Shown piece by piece: positions 9,558 through 20,983 of a stretch of DNA of 64,000 nucleotides (position 1 is the first letter of the stretch; each line of letters starts with the position of its first letter). Position numbers and translations under genes: made by a program. The DNA is from a virus. Taxonomy: Duplodnaviria > Caudoviricetes. The notes under the pieces were generated by a model that was given only the letters and a program-made list of their open reading frames with translations, had not been told where the DNA came from and searched no databases. The stretch covers positions 107,176-171,175 of IMG/VR virus record IMGVR_UViG_2974666281_000001. One strand, written 5' to 3'.

Positions 9558-10186
9558 TATAATAGCTTAAAGAATTCTTTAAGTCCTTCGATTACGTGAA
9601 TATTTGATTCGCCGCATTCACATGAAATAGGCACTGCTAATACGACTTTAGGCTTCAGAAGCATAGCGGCAATATCTTTTAAAGCTTCACTAGAAATGGC
9701 TGAATACAAATCATCTAATTCTGCATCAGATAAATCATCCACTTTAATAAGTGAACCATCGACATCAATGAATTCTATACATTTAGCAACCAGCATAGCT
9801 ATGTTAGAATCATCGAATAATTCTGGATATTTGAACTTAACTTTAAAGTTCTCGAATTCCCACACTAGTGGCGCTGAGGGCTCATCTATTTGTGCGTGTG
9901 TAAAGTTAAGTGGTACTTCTTGCTCCCGCCCACAGGAACAAACCCAGGTGTGCTCATGGTTAACTTCACCTAACGAGTATGCCCAAAGTTTGATGAGCAA
10001 GAGTTCTGATTCTTGTCTGTTGAGACCTTGTGCATCAGTACATTTTTTAATCAAATCTTTGATAGCCTGGTCAATAGTCCCTTTAAGTTTTGCTTCCATT
10101 AAATTCTTGTATTCACGTAAAGTAAAAGCTCTACAGTTGACCACTTTATCAGAGACATGTACGGTAAATTTATATTCAAAGTTCAT
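9557..10186 (-). CDS. 26: baseplate hub protein gp26 (start moved to ATG 10186)
   Basis: MNFEYKF...CRAFTLREY; GAGGAG RBS and late promoter upstream. Confidence 0.92.
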   Translation of the reverse strand: MNFEYKFTVHVSDKVVNCRAFTLREYKNLMEAKLKGTIDQAIKDLIKKCTDAQGLNRQESELLLIKLWAYSLGEVNHEHTWVCSCGREQEVPLNFTHAQIDEPSAPLVWEFENFKVKFKYPELFDDSNIAMLVAKCIEFIDVDGSLIKVDDLSDAELDDLYSAISSEALKDIAAMLLKPKVVLAVPISCECGESNIHVIEGLKEFFKLL

Positions 10187-10208
10187 AAAATGGCTCCTCT
10201 TGTATGAG

Positions 10209-10220
10209 TATTTATAAATA
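10209..10220. promoter_or_regulatory. overlapping divergent late promoters (genes 26 and 51)
   Basis: Palindromic TATTTATAAATA gives TATAAATA on both strands. Confidence 0.85.
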
Positions 10221-10237
10221 GATAAAAGGAGATACTC

Positions 10238-10990
10238 ATGGCTAATATTGTTCGTTGTAAATTGCCTGACGGTGTCCATCGTTTCAAACCGTTCACAGTC
10301 GCCGATTATCGAGATTTCTTGTTAGTGCGCAATGACATGAACACTAAATCAAAAGAAGAACAAATAGAACTTATCGATGAACTTCTTGCTGATTATTTCG
10401 ATGAATATCCTAAGTCATGGCGCCCATACATTTTTATATCAGTTTTTACCTCGTCTATAGGTAAGACAAAAATACCCGTTTCTTTTGAATGCCCAACTTG
10501 TGGTGCTAAGAAACGGTTTATGCTTAACTTATCACAAGAACCTTTAGTGGCTCCTGTTATCGAAACATCAGGTATAAAAATAAAGTTCAAATATCCTGAT
10601 GAAATAAATGAGGACCTTGTTGAACTTATTAGTAAAAATATAGACACAGTTCAAGACTCGGATTCTGAGTACAAATGGTCTGAACTCGATGATGAAACTA
10701 AAGTCCAAGTAATAGATTCTATTGATTACAAAGCATTTGAATCTTTGGTTAAAAAATTAAAACCTCTTCATATTGAAGTTTCATTTAAATGCTGCTCAGA
10801 ATATAAATTTGTGTATGATTCTTTAATCGACATTTTTAAAATATTGTTGAACCCTGACGAGGTGTTTAGTTTCTATCAAGTAAATCATTTATTAGTCAAA
10901 AGTCATTACGACTTAAATTCTGTCATGGCTATGATTCCTATTGAAAGAAGTATTGCTTTGTCATTGGTTGAAAAGGACCTTAAGAAATGA
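10238..10990 (+). CDS. 51: baseplate hub assembly protein gp51
   Basis: [21 protein letters not shown]. Confidence 0.95.
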   Translation: MANIVRCKLPDGVHRFKPFTVADYRDFLLVRNDMNTKSKEEQIELIDELLADYFDEYPKSWRPYIFISVFTSSIGKTKIPVSFECPTCGAKKRFMLNLSQEPLVAPVIETSGIKIKFKYPDEINEDLVELISKNIDTVQDSDSEYKWSELDDETKVQVIDSIDYKAFESLVKKLKPLHIEVSFKCCSEYKFVYDSLIDIFKILLNPDEVFSFYQVNHLLVKSHYDLNSVMAMIPIERSIALSLVEKDLKK

Positions 10991-12207
10991 GTAAATCAGT
11001 CCAACGTGCTGGATATCCTAACGTTTCTATTAAGCTTTATCAAGATTATGACGCTTGGCTTCAGAACCGTTTTGTTGAACTTGCAGCCACATTCACAACA
11101 CTAACAATGCGAGATGGTCTTTACGGTAATAACGAAGGACTTCTCCAGTTTTATGATAACAAAAATTTGCATACTAAAATGGATGGAGAACAAATTATCC
11201 AGATTTCTGTTGCAAATGCTAATACACAACGTACTATTTCAAGAATTTATGGAAGTAAGCACTTCAGTGTTGGCGTCGACTCTAAAGGGGATAACATCAT
11301 CACTATTCAATTAGCCCCAATCCATATTCTTGAAAATTTAAAGTTCTCTCGTACTTTCTTTGCAAACGCATCTCAAAGTATAGCTGAAATGATTAACGTA
11401 ATATATCAAGATAGACCTTTGATTTCGCCTGTGGTTGAATCATTGAACGTTTATGTTCCTAAGGTTCCTTGGTGTGACAATATTTCTAAATACTTTAACT
11501 TTGTTAGAGATACCGGATTAGCTGTCGATTCAGACCAATTTGTATTTGTTTGGGAAGATATTCAAGGTATAAGATTCATGGATTACCAACAAATGATAGC
11601 TCAAGAAGCTAAACCATTTATTATTGGTGAACCAAGATTGGTCGGGCAATTTGTTAACCAATTAGAAAATCCTATAGCTTTTGATTTTGAATGGCTTACT
11701 AAAGCTAATCAACATACACGCAATCCAATGACTAACGTGACAATTTACGCCCACTCTTTTGTTGATAAAGACGTAACTCGCATTGTTGTTGGTGAAGGAC
11801 AGAACAGTGTATTAGTTTCTAGAAGTGGGGCTTACGCTGAACAAGTATACCGTAATGGGTATGAAGAAGCTTTACGTTTAGGGACTATGGCTCAGTACGA
11901 TGGGTACGCACACGTAAAAACATACGGTGATTTTGAATTGTGTCCAGGTCAAAAACTTAATTTTTATGACCAGAAAAACCAATTTGGAACCGATTTTTAT
12001 ATCGATGAAGTGATTCATGAAATAAGCAACAATCACTCAATCACTAATATCTACGCATTTACAAATGGTAAGCCGATTATTCCGGTAGAACCAATTAAGG
12101 TGAAAAATGAACTTAAAACTTATAATCCCGATGAAAATATTGAAGATGAATGGGAAGGAAGTGAAGATACCGAAACTGGGACTGAAACACCACAAACTGA
12201 TTCGTGA
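10987..12207 (+). CDS. 27: baseplate hub protein gp27
   Basis: [20 protein letters not shown]...[17 protein letters not shown]. Confidence 0.96.
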   Translation: MSKSVQRAGYPNVSIKLYQDYDAWLQNRFVELAATFTTLTMRDGLYGNNEGLLQFYDNKNLHTKMDGEQIIQISVANANTQRTISRIYGSKHFSVGVDSKGDNIITIQLAPIHILENLKFSRTFFANASQSIAEMINVIYQDRPLISPVVESLNVYVPKVPWCDNISKYFNFVRDTGLAVDSDQFVFVWEDIQGIRFMDYQQMIAQEAKPFIIGEPRLVGQFVNQLENPIAFDFEWLTKANQHTRNPMTNVTIYAHSFVDKDVTRIVVGEGQNSVLVSRSGAYAEQVYRNGYEEALRLGTMAQYDGYAHVKTYGDFELCPGQKLNFYDQKNQFGTDFYIDEVIHEISNNHSITNIYAFTNGKPIIPVEPIKVKNELKTYNPDENIEDEWEGSEDTETGTETPQTDS

Positions 12208-12646
12208 TGTCAGGTCTCCGGATGAAAATCTTAAAATCCTTATGGATTCTATTTACCAGGGTTTAACGGCTGCTGAAACAGATTTAGTAGCTTTACATCT
12301 TTTAGCTTTTAACCACAAATTAAAAGAAGAGGTCATAAAAGATGGCTTCACTTATAAACTATCCGAAGTTTATATCTGCCAACGCTTAGAACAACAATAC
12401 AACGGGCATACTTTTTACTTCCGTTCTAATAAGCCGTTTGAGCAATTTGGCGCTGTTGACGATGTTTTAAAAACGTGCTTTATTAAAGTAGACGAATCTA
12501 CAGAGTATCCTGATTTTATGGACATGCCAGCGTTTGTTACTAAATGGGCAGACGATATTACTTCAACTGTCGCTATTCCTGGGCCTAATGGCCCTATCAA
12601 AGGAATAGGTCATATCATGGACATATTAAATGAAAAAGCCAAGTAA
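12107..12646 (+). CDS. 28: baseplate hub distal subunit gp28
   Basis: [21 protein letters not shown]; overlaps gene 27. Confidence 0.92.
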   Translation: MNLKLIIPMKILKMNGKEVKIPKLGLKHHKLIRDVRSPDENLKILMDSIYQGLTAAETDLVALHLLAFNHKLKEEVIKDGFTYKLSEVYICQRLEQQYNGHTFYFRSNKPFEQFGAVDDVLKTCFIKVDESTEYPDFMDMPAFVTKWADDITSTVAIPGPNGPIKGIGHIMDILNEKAK

Positions 12647-14387
12647 TATGAGTACAATGCGACGTAAACAGATTGAAGATTCAGCGCCTGAGCGAAAAGC
12701 TCAGGCAACTGCCGATTCTCAAGTCGCATCATTAAACGATCTTAATTCAGGCTTAGGGGACCTCCAAGCCTCAAGTGAATTAATTGCTGATACCGTAGAA
12801 AATAAAGGTAATCAGATTCTAGGGAGTATCAGCGAATTAGGAAGTGGAATCCAAGAAGTTGCTGCTGCTTCTGAATTAGCTGCTGAAGCCTCTGAAAAAA
12901 CCACTGAAGAAACTAGAAAATTAAATGATGTTGCAGCTACCATCTCTGATAAACTTTCTAAGTTATCTCAGATGTTTGAACAAAAAATTAGTGGAACAGG
13001 AACAGATGTACCAGCATCTTCTCAGTCTAATGAATCAACTACATTAGCTGCTATTAAAGATGCTATGCCTCTTCAAGTAGAACAGCCTTCATTAAAAGAG
13101 CTTTTAGAAAAATTAATTCCAGATAACCACCCTCTTCCTCCTGCTGACCCATTCCCAGAAGAACCTCAGGCTGAAGATAAACCTTCTAAACAAAAGAAAG
13201 ATGGTGGCGATGGTCTTAAATTGGAAGACCTTTTAAAAGTAACTAAATCTGGGTTCAAAGCTACTATTGGTATAACCGATAAAATAGCAGGAATGTTATT
13301 TAAATTTTCTATAGCTGCTGCCGCAGAAGCAGCTAAAATGGCTGGTATGATATTTGCTGTTATTCTTGGTATAGACTTAATTAAAATTCATTTCAAATAT
13401 TGGAGCGATTTATTCAATAAAAGTTTTGAAGAATTTTTTGAAAAGGCTGAAGAGTGGGGTCCTTTAATACAATCCGTAGTAGAAATGGCTGGTGAAATTT
13501 CTAATATGTGGAGCGAAAAGAACTGGTCTGGATTAGCTATGGCCATTATTAAAGGTATTGGTGATATCACGGTATCATTAGCTGATTTGATGTTTTTAGG
13601 TATCACTAAAATTACTGCGGCTATCCTCAGAGCAATAGGTATGGATGATAAGGCATTGACTGTAGAAGGTTATGGCTTAGAAAAATTCCAAGAATCTGGT
13701 GCAGCTCTTGACGATAAAGACCAAGAAACTCTGGCCCGCTATCAAGATCGTAATATGCTTGAAGATTCTAAAAAACGCCTTGAGTTCGCTGAAAAAATGA
13801 AAGACAAAACAGTACGAACCGTTGCTTTACAATACGGTTCTATTACTCAAGAAGAAGCAGACCAAATCGAAGCTGGGACTTATGTTAGACCTTCTGATAA
13901 AATGGCTGAACTTCCTGAAGATCAACGTATTAATATTCTTAAGGCTCGTAACGAAGCTAAAGCTGCGATTAAACGTACTGAAGATTTAGCAGCTAAAACA
14001 AAACCTGATGATAAATCTAGAATTGAAAATTTAGACAAATCTATTGGTTCTATTTCAGATAGACTGAATGACCCTGCATTAGCAAATGCTCCTGAAGTCC
14101 GTAAAGAACTTCAAGAAGATTTATCTAAACTCACAGGCGAAGTTGAAAAGATTAAAGCTCCTATCAAAGTTGCTCCTGCTCCTGTTGAAGAACAAGAAGA
14201 CGTTCAGAAAACTAAACGAATTGAAGAACAACAAAGAGCTATATCCGCTCCTACAGGCGCAGGCACTGGTGCAGCAAATATAGTGTCTAATACAGTTTTA
14301 AATAAGACTAATAAGACATCATATAATATGCCGCCGCAAAGTTCTACTCCTGCGCCGGGTATGGGTGCATCAGCCCGTGTTAATTAA
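12630..14387 (+). CDS. 29: baseplate hub / tape measure gp29
   Basis: 585 aa, [22 protein letters not shown]; synteny. Confidence 0.92.
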   Translation: MKKPSNMSTMRRKQIEDSAPERKAQATADSQVASLNDLNSGLGDLQASSELIADTVENKGNQILGSISELGSGIQEVAAASELAAEASEKTTEETRKLNDVAATISDKLSKLSQMFEQKISGTGTDVPASSQSNESTTLAAIKDAMPLQVEQPSLKELLEKLIPDNHPLPPADPFPEEPQAEDKPSKQKKDGGDGLKLEDLLKVTKSGFKATIGITDKIAGMLFKFSIAAAAEAAKMAGMIFAVILGIDLIKIHFKYWSDLFNKSFEEFFEKAEEWGPLIQSVVEMAGEISNMWSEKNWSGLAMAIIKGIGDITVSLADLMFLGITKITAAILRAIGMDDKALTVEGYGLEKFQESGAALDDKDQETLARYQDRNMLEDSKKRLEFAEKMKDKTVRTVALQYGSITQEEADQIEAGTYVRPSDKMAELPEDQRINILKARNEAKAAIKRTEDLAAKTKPDDKSRIENLDKSIGSISDRLNDPALANAPEVRKELQEDLSKLTGEVEKIKAPIKVAPAPVEEQEDVQKTKRIEEQQRAISAPTGAGTGAANIVSNTVLNKTNKTSYNMPPQSSTPAPGMGASARVN

Positions 14388-14395
14388 GGAATTTT

Positions 14396-15496
14396 ATGAA
14401 CGTAACATTATTAGATAATCCAGGAGCGGTGAGTTTTACTAAAGCTGCTCCAAGAGATTTAATCCCTGACATTCCTAAATTTGTTAAGGGCGAAACAACC
14501 TCAGCGGGACAGAGTAAACTGTCCCCTATTCGCAAAACTATTACTGCTCAATATCCAGCAGAACGTGCTTCAGGTAATGATGGTATTAATGACTTAAGGA
14601 TTAACGACCTCTATAAAAATGGGCTGTTATTTACAGCCTATGATTATAAATCAAGAACTACTCCTGATATGCGTTCTTTACGAGCGTCAGAAATTGATAA
14701 AGCTCTTGGGTCTTTTAATCCAGTAAAAGGGACTTCTATAGAAAGTGCTAAAACATTTGATAAAAGCCCTATAGCTAATATACTTTTACCACGTTCTAAA
14801 TCTGATGTTGATTCGGTTTCACACAAATTTAATGATGTTGGCGAATCGCTTATTACTCGTGGTGGAGGGACTGCCACTGGAGTATTGAGTAATATCGCAT
14901 CTACTACTGTATTTGGTGCAATTGAATCAATGACCCAAGGTTGGATGTCCGACCACGGTGAACAGATTTATAACACTGCTCGTAGTATGTACGCTGGTCC
15001 AGATAACCGTACGAAGGTATTTACTTGGGATTTAACCCCTCGTAACGTCCAGGATTTAATTCAAATTGTCAACATCTACGAGACTTTTAACTATTTCTCG
15101 TATGGTGAAACAGGCAATAGTAATTTCGCTGCTGAGTTAAAAGAGCAAATCGATACATGGTATAAAACGACCTTTATTGATAAATTAACTCCTGACGGAG
15201 CTGACACAAGCAATACAATGATGGAGCAAGTAACTTCATTCTTGAGTAATGTTATCGTTGTAAGTAACCCTACGGTGTGGTTTATTCGTAACTTTGGTAA
15301 GACTTCTTCATTTGATGGAAGACCAGATGTATTTGGTCCTTGTCAAATCCAAAGTATTCGTTTTGATAAATCGCCTAATGGTAACTTTAATGGATTAGCT
15401 GTTGCTCCTAACCTTCCAAGTTCATTTGTTCTCGAAATCACTTTCCGTGAAATCTTGACCTTGAACCGTGGAACTCTTTATAATGGAGCTTTATAA
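14396..15496 (+). CDS. 48: baseplate-tail tube junction gp48
   Basis: AQYPAERASGND, FGPCQIQSIRFDK, EITFREILTLNR. Confidence 0.95.
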   Translation: MNVTLLDNPGAVSFTKAAPRDLIPDIPKFVKGETTSAGQSKLSPIRKTITAQYPAERASGNDGINDLRINDLYKNGLLFTAYDYKSRTTPDMRSLRASEIDKALGSFNPVKGTSIESAKTFDKSPIANILLPRSKSDVDSVSHKFNDVGESLITRGGGTATGVLSNIASTTVFGAIESMTQGWMSDHGEQIYNTARSMYAGPDNRTKVFTWDLTPRNVQDLIQIVNIYETFNYFSYGETGNSNFAAELKEQIDTWYKTTFIDKLTPDGADTSNTMMEQVTSFLSNVIVVSNPTVWFIRNFGKTSSFDGRPDVFGPCQIQSIRFDKSPNGNFNGLAVAPNLPSSFVLEITFREILTLNRGTLYNGAL

Positions 15497-16461
15497 TGTT
15501 TACATTAGAAGAATTTAAAAACCAAGCTGGTAATATTGACTTCCAACGCACTAACCTTTTTAGTGTTGTATTTGCAACAACTCCATCTAGCAAATCGCAA
15601 CAACTTTTAGACCAATTTGGTGGTACGTTATTCAATAATATTGCAGTGGATTCTGACTGGTTAGGATTAAAGCCTGGGGATATCACCCAGGCAGTAACCG
15701 CTGTGGCCGTAGCTGGCGGCCAGCAGTTAATTCGAAAGTCAGGTATAAGTAAATATCTGATTGGCGCCATGTCTAACAGGGTTGTGCAGAGCTTACTAGG
15801 TGAGTTCGAAGTAGGAACATATTTGTTAGACTTTTTTAATATGGCATTTCCAACTTCAGGTTTAATGGTCTCTGCAGTTAAGATTCCAGAAAACCAATTA
15901 CAACACGAAATGGATTTAAACCATAACGCACCAAACATTAGAATCACTGGGCGTGATTATACCCCATTAATTCTTACTTTCCGAATAGACCCTGAAGCAA
16001 GTAATTTCCGTGCAATGCATGATTGGGTTAACTCTGTTCAAGACCCGGTAACAGGATTAAGAGCATTACCTGAAGATGTTGAAGCTGACATCCAAGTTAA
16101 CCTCCATGCTCGTAATGGATTACCACATACCGTAATGATGTTCCAAGGATGTGTCCCTGTGGGCGTCAGTGCACCTGAATTATCTTATGATGGTGATAAT
16201 CAGATTGCAACATTTGATGTCTCTTTCGCCTACAGGGTTATGTCTGTTGGTGCTGTAGGACGTCAGGCGGCTATGGATTGGTTAGAAGATAAAGCTATAA
16301 ACGTTATCAGTGGAATTAGTTCTGAAATGAGCTTAAACTCTAGTCTTTCTAGATTAAGTCGACTTTCAGGAGCAGGCGGTGGGTTGAGTAGTGTTCTTAC
16401 TGGCGCTGGAAGAAAGACCGGATTATGGTCATCGCAATCGAAGATTTTGGGTGGGATATAA
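15496..16461 (+). CDS. 54: tail tube initiator gp54
   Basis: MFTLEEFKNQAGNIDFQRTNLFSVVF. Confidence 0.96.
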   Translation: MFTLEEFKNQAGNIDFQRTNLFSVVFATTPSSKSQQLLDQFGGTLFNNIAVDSDWLGLKPGDITQAVTAVAVAGGQQLIRKSGISKYLIGAMSNRVVQSLLGEFEVGTYLLDFFNMAFPTSGLMVSAVKIPENQLQHEMDLNHNAPNIRITGRDYTPLILTFRIDPEASNFRAMHDWVNSVQDPVTGLRALPEDVEADIQVNLHARNGLPHTVMMFQGCVPVGVSAPELSYDGDNQIATFDVSFAYRVMSVGAVGRQAAMDWLEDKAINVISGISSEMSLNSSLSRLSRLSGAGGGLSSVLTGAGRKTGLWSSQSKILGGI

Positions 16462-16489
16462 AAAAAGGGAGAGCGAAAGCTCTCCCTTT
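16460..16489. terminator. bidirectional terminator
   Basis: AAAAAAAGGGAGAGC-GAAA-GCTCTCCCTTT. Confidence 0.85.
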
Positions 16490-16494
16490 AGGGT

Positions 16495-16806
16495 TTATTT
16501 ACGGAAGCCGATGAAAGCTGGGAGTTCAAGGAACAGACTAACAAATGAAGTCTCTTCAGACGAACCTTTATGGAAGAACTGTACTGAAACCGGGAATTCA
16601 CCTTCGATATTTCCGTGGAGGATTCCATTTACAATGCTATCAGTTTGGTCTTCTTTACCAAAGACCTCTTGTGGAACCATTACTACATCGTAGAGTTCAG
16701 GATTCTTTAGAATCAAAGCAGTAGCTTTAGTTGCAAACTCTTCTGAGATAGGAGTAACATTTTCAACAGTAAGTTCAGTTTGGTTCAGACGTAAGATAGA
16801 TTTCAT
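16495..16806 (-). CDS. alt.-3-like hypothetical protein (start moved to ATG 16806)
   Basis: MKSILRLN...FLELPAFIGFRK; GAGGA RBS and early promoter upstream. Confidence 0.8.
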   Translation of the reverse strand: MKSILRLNQTELTVENVTPISEEFATKATALILKNPELYDVVMVPQEVFGKEDQTDSIVNGILHGNIEGEFPVSVQFFHKGSSEETSFVSLFLELPAFIGFRK

Positions 16807-16829
16807 ATTAAGTTCCTCATGTTTGTGTA

Positions 16830-16865
16830 GGAACATAGTACCACGTCCTTGTGGTGTTGTAAACT
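16830..16865 (-). promoter_or_regulatory. T4-type early promoter
   Basis: GTTTAC...GTGGTACTAT on the minus strand. Confidence 0.8.
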
Positions 16866-18966
16866 ATCCTTGGATAAATTTCTCAGGAATATCTGAAAGG
16901 TCAATAAATGAAGCTAAAAGGCCAAGTGATTCATTAGCTTTCTTACGTACGTTAGAAGAAGCGAAAGATGCAAATGATACCAGACCTTCCGGTTCATCCA
17001 TAGCAACCAACTCGCCAGATTCTATCAAAGCATCACCGTCATATACTACTGCTTCATCGAGTTGTTCTGAAGTCATGACTTCTGCTTGGATGAATTTTTG
17101 GTTGCTGTATTCAATGCCATCATTATATGAAGCATCGGTGATTTTGTTAATCTTAAGCATAGTACCACGTGGGAGAATGATTTCCATTTCATGAGGCATA
17201 TGACTTACATCACCAGGATAAACCACATTGATTTTATGAGCACCTTCAATAGCCCAACCAACAGAAACTTTAACTTCAGTTTCACCTTTTTCTTGGCTTA
17301 ATCTAATGTTATGACCTTTGATTACAGCGTCTTCAGTACCGCCATCTATATTCAATACGTCTCGAGTATTATCCGAAGTCATCGCTACACCTAAGTTACC
17401 TTTCCAACCACCAAAGATGATAGGCATCAAAGACGTAGAAACATAATTTCGGAAATAGAAAACTCTGTTTTTAACTAACGAATCGTAAATAGGCTTTCTG
17501 ATAGTTTGTGCTCGCCATAAGGTCAAACCTTCTGGAATACGGTCACCCTTTTTAAAAGCGTCATCAAGATTTTTAATTGCAGTAGTGACTTCTTTTGCTT
17601 CCATAGTTTCTCTAGAAGTCTCATCATATCTGCCTAAAAGCATATTGTTAATATCATAATAGCCAGAACCACAATATTCTTTTATACCACGTTTTTCTGC
17701 TGGGGTATATTGTTTAGGGGTACGCATCATAGTAATATGATGAATATTCTGAGATACGTTTTTAGCATAACCTTGAAGAGCATCTTTAATAAGCTTAACT
17801 CGACTTATATTCCACATTTTCAATGCCATAGCTTCTTTATCTTCACGACTAAAATGCATAGGCGCATCATTAAGATGCTTTTCAACAAAGTTGTGTTTAT
17901 ACTCTTCAACTTTATCAAGAATCGTTTGGGTAAAGGCTTGCATACTTTCAACTGAAGTTAAATTGGCATCACCAATTCGTTTTTCTAGCTCTTTTTGAAT
18001 AGTTGGTTCTAGTTTTTCTGCTTGGGATGGTTTAAGACCTGTCAATTCACTGATTCGCCAAGAAATAGAACTAGCCGCTAATGCAGAAGAATGAGATTTG
18101 GCTGCTTTAGACGTCAAATTAATGACAATTTCTTCAGCTTCTGGAATTACTTCAGCCGATGCTGGTCGACTGAATTCGGCAGCTGTAGTTTCGTATTCTT
18201 CAAATTTTGAAGGGTCTAAAATTACATCAGTCGGTAAAGATTGTGAACTAGCAATAGCTCGTCGTGAAACCTTAGTACGATTAATGATTGCACGGTCAGT
18301 ACGATCTTTTTCAATCTCAGCGATAGAACCGGCAATAGCTTCTTCTTTAGTTACGTTATTGCCTGTTTTCTTGGAAACAAACACATCGCCAACTTGGGAT
18401 TCAACTTTAGTATATAAATCAGTATTGATTTCAGGGATGCCAGAGATATCCTCTAGACCACGAGCCTTACGATAGATGAATACATATGCATGCTTAGCTG
18501 TAAAGTTATACAGAGCGTCTAGCACTTTAAATTGTCCACCAGTACGAGCCATCACTAAACGGTTCATGATACGTTGGACTGTTTTCTCTTGCCCTTTCAT
18601 TTTCTTAGCTGGGAATCGGAACATCACAGCATCCATACGATTCTTTTTAACAACTGCATAAACAGTATCGAAAATCGTATTTAACGCACCAACAGGGTCA
18701 GAACCTAAACCACCTTTGAGTTCAGCAGGAGTTCCTTTATCGCTTAATGACATCAGGATAACGTGAGCGTATTTATCACCTTGTTTAACCTGTTTAATAG
18801 CATCGCCTTGGGATAGATATGAAACCATACGTGCAACGAGCTTATCGTTACCTGGAACTTTAACAGCCCATAGCTGTGGTACTTTAGCCTTAGGGTTCAA
18901 GTTAATGACAGGATAATTCTTTTCTGAATCACTATCAAAAACTTCAACCAATAAATTATCAGTCAT
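16864..18966 (-). CDS. alt: Alt ADP-ribosyltransferase
   Basis: 700 aa; RNYVSTSL and EMEIILPRG catalytic motifs. Confidence 0.95.
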   Translation of the reverse strand: MTDNLLVEVFDSDSEKNYPVINLNPKAKVPQLWAVKVPGNDKLVARMVSYLSQGDAIKQVKQGDKYAHVILMSLSDKGTPAELKGGLGSDPVGALNTIFDTVYAVVKKNRMDAVMFRFPAKKMKGQEKTVQRIMNRLVMARTGGQFKVLDALYNFTAKHAYVFIYRKARGLEDISGIPEINTDLYTKVESQVGDVFVSKKTGNNVTKEEAIAGSIAEIEKDRTDRAIINRTKVSRRAIASSQSLPTDVILDPSKFEEYETTAAEFSRPASAEVIPEAEEIVINLTSKAAKSHSSALAASSISWRISELTGLKPSQAEKLEPTIQKELEKRIGDANLTSVESMQAFTQTILDKVEEYKHNFVEKHLNDAPMHFSREDKEAMALKMWNISRVKLIKDALQGYAKNVSQNIHHITMMRTPKQYTPAEKRGIKEYCGSGYYDINNMLLGRYDETSRETMEAKEVTTAIKNLDDAFKKGDRIPEGLTLWRAQTIRKPIYDSLVKNRVFYFRNYVSTSLMPIIFGGWKGNLGVAMTSDNTRDVLNIDGGTEDAVIKGHNIRLSQEKGETEVKVSVGWAIEGAHKINVVYPGDVSHMPHEMEIILPRGTMLKINKITDASYNDGIEYSNQKFIQAEVMTSEQLDEAVVYDGDALIESGELVAMDEPEGLVSFASFASSNVRKKANESLGLLASFIDLSDIPEKFIQG

Positions 18967-19031
18967 AGTGTTACCTTTAGCAGTTTATTATGTACTCGTA
19001 TTTATGCCCGAAAGGAGCCCGAAGGCTCCTA

Positions 19032-19214
19032 TTACATTGGCATTAAAGTTCGATAAACTTCAAAATACATTGTTTTTTCGTATGTATCTAATCGGTCGCT
19101 AAAAGTAATATAAGCATTATAGTCTTTAAAATCTAGAACTATTTGAGAACAAGAGGTGGAAACATCTCCACCTGCTTTACGAGCAACAACAATTGTTTCT
19201 AAGTAAGCTTTCAT
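19032..19214 (-). CDS. alt.1-like hypothetical protein
   Basis: MKAYLETIVVA...GGDVSTS; position. Confidence 0.8.
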   Translation of the reverse strand: MKAYLETIVVARKAGGDVSTSCSQIVLDFKDYNAYITFSDRLDTYEKTMYFEVYRTLMPM

Positions 19215-20707
19215 TTGATACCTGTCGTTTCAGTAAAGTCGCCAAACACTTCGTCGAAGGTATCAGCTTTAGTTTTATCAAAACGCCAGCCTTTAATAAT
19301 CGGCAAGAAGATACCAACAGTACCATCTTTACGACCTTCAGACGTTACCCAACCATTACACTCACAGTCAGCAATACGTCCTACTAATTTACCTTCGCGA
19401 GCTAATTTCATTAGATATTCACGGTCCATTTCATCACGAGCTGAAATAGGAATATCTACCCATTTTTTGGTTTTCTTATCGCGAACACGAGTTGTGTCTG
19501 TGAAACCAGAACCACAGTCAGTAGTAATACGGCCACAAGATGAACGAAGTCGGACACCACCTATTTTGTTAGGGTCTTTGGAATGAGCATAATAATCCAC
19601 TACTTCAAGAGCAATATCGATTACTTCTTTAAACTTAACTAAGTTCTTAGAACGCTTGTTTTCCCAATAAGAAGCCATGTTCTTCAGGATAATACCTTCA
19701 AGCTTCATGTCTACATATTTTTTGTAAACTGCAGCAGCTTCTTCGAGGTTATTAACCCAATGGTTTTCAATCAAGATAACAGAATCATAGCCTTCAATTA
19801 TTAATTCAAGAGCTTTGAATCGAACGTCGTATTTGAAGCCTTTAATTGTTCCTTCAGAATAAACTTCATCAAGAGGAACCAAGTCCCAAACCTGGAACTT
19901 CATACCAGCAGCTTCTTCTTTAGAAATAGTGCCTTTCAGAGACTTATTAGCCAGCCCGTTTGAAGTACTACGGTCGACAACAGCTTCTTCAGTTTCTTCT
20001 TCCTCGCCAAACAAGAAGTCTAACGCAGCATCTGATGTTTTTTTAGCAGGAGCATGATAAACCAATTCACCATCTACCATAACACCACTAGGATGTTTCA
20101 GACGTTCTTCTTTAGTCATTTCCATAAGCTCAGAAGCTAACAGATCAAGACCTTGGTATTCATTACCAGCTCGACTATAGAAAGTTACCCCATCATCAGT
20201 TACTTCAGCAAAACAACGTGCGCCATCGGCTTTAAGTTGGGCAAATGCCGGGAACTTGATATGTTTCTTGATGAGCTTTTCATCATAAGCAGAAGCCAAC
20301 ATCTGAGGCTGCTGTGGAATCAAGTTCTTCCATACACGGTTAGGTAAGGTAACACCTGCACCACACTCAAGGTCACGCATCATTACACGACGCAAGACTT
20401 CAGTGTCGCCTTCTTCAGCATTATTCAGATCATAGATAACCATAGCTAAATGGTCAATAGCCTTTTGCCCAGACAGAGCACGTGTAGCTAATTTTTGTTC
20501 TAAGAAATCTAAAGCTGAAGTTAATGTTTGAATACCACGAGTTGGTATAGCTTCAGGCCATTTCTTGATGCCATAATTGAAGCGTTTAGAATAAGCCATT
20601 AAGAAAACACGTTTCAGCAGTTCATTATCTTTTTCGCGTTCTAAGATAGCTTGTTTTCCGTTAATGGAATCAGTTCCTGCGATTTCATTCAAAATTTGTA
20701 GAATCAT
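19211..20707 (-). CDS. 30: ATP-dependent DNA ligase gp30
   Basis: QLKADGAR, VDGEL, EGIILKN motifs. Confidence 0.98.
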   Translation of the reverse strand: MILQILNEIAGTDSINGKQAILEREKDNELLKRVFLMAYSKRFNYGIKKWPEAIPTRGIQTLTSALDFLEQKLATRALSGQKAIDHLAMVIYDLNNAEEGDTEVLRRVMMRDLECGAGVTLPNRVWKNLIPQQPQMLASAYDEKLIKKHIKFPAFAQLKADGARCFAEVTDDGVTFYSRAGNEYQGLDLLASELMEMTKEERLKHPSGVMVDGELVYHAPAKKTSDAALDFLFGEEEETEEAVVDRSTSNGLANKSLKGTISKEEAAGMKFQVWDLVPLDEVYSEGTIKGFKYDVRFKALELIIEGYDSVILIENHWVNNLEEAAAVYKKYVDMKLEGIILKNMASYWENKRSKNLVKFKEVIDIALEVVDYYAHSKDPNKIGGVRLRSSCGRITTDCGSGFTDTTRVRDKKTKKWVDIPISARDEMDREYLMKLAREGKLVGRIADCECNGWVTSEGRKDGTVGIFLPIIKGWRFDKTKADTFDEVFGDFTETTGIK

Positions 20708-20715
20708 AATATGTC

Positions 20716-20982
20716 CTATCGACCAGATTGATTTCTATTATAAGCCACTTCTTCGTTCAGCAAGTCTAACCGTTTGTGATATGAAATCAACAGTTGGTTG
20801 CCTTCGCGGAACAGTGTACGCTCATATTCACGAATGTAGATGAAGCCTTGTTCAACACATTCTTTGAAGATAGGTTCTTCTTTGGCTTGTCTGAACAATG
20901 GATATTCACGGAAGAATTGATTAACGTGACCGAAGTCACGTGTTGTATTACGACCATTACTTAAATTATGTACTACAAACAT
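20716..20982 (-). CDS. 30.1-like hypothetical protein
   Basis: MFVVHNL...TTRDFGHVNQFFR. Confidence 0.8.
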   Translation of the reverse strand: MFVVHNLSNGRNTTRDFGHVNQFFREYPLFRQAKEEPIFKECVEQGFIYIREYERTLFREGNQLLISYHKRLDLLNEEVAYNRNQSGR

Positions 20983-20983
20983 A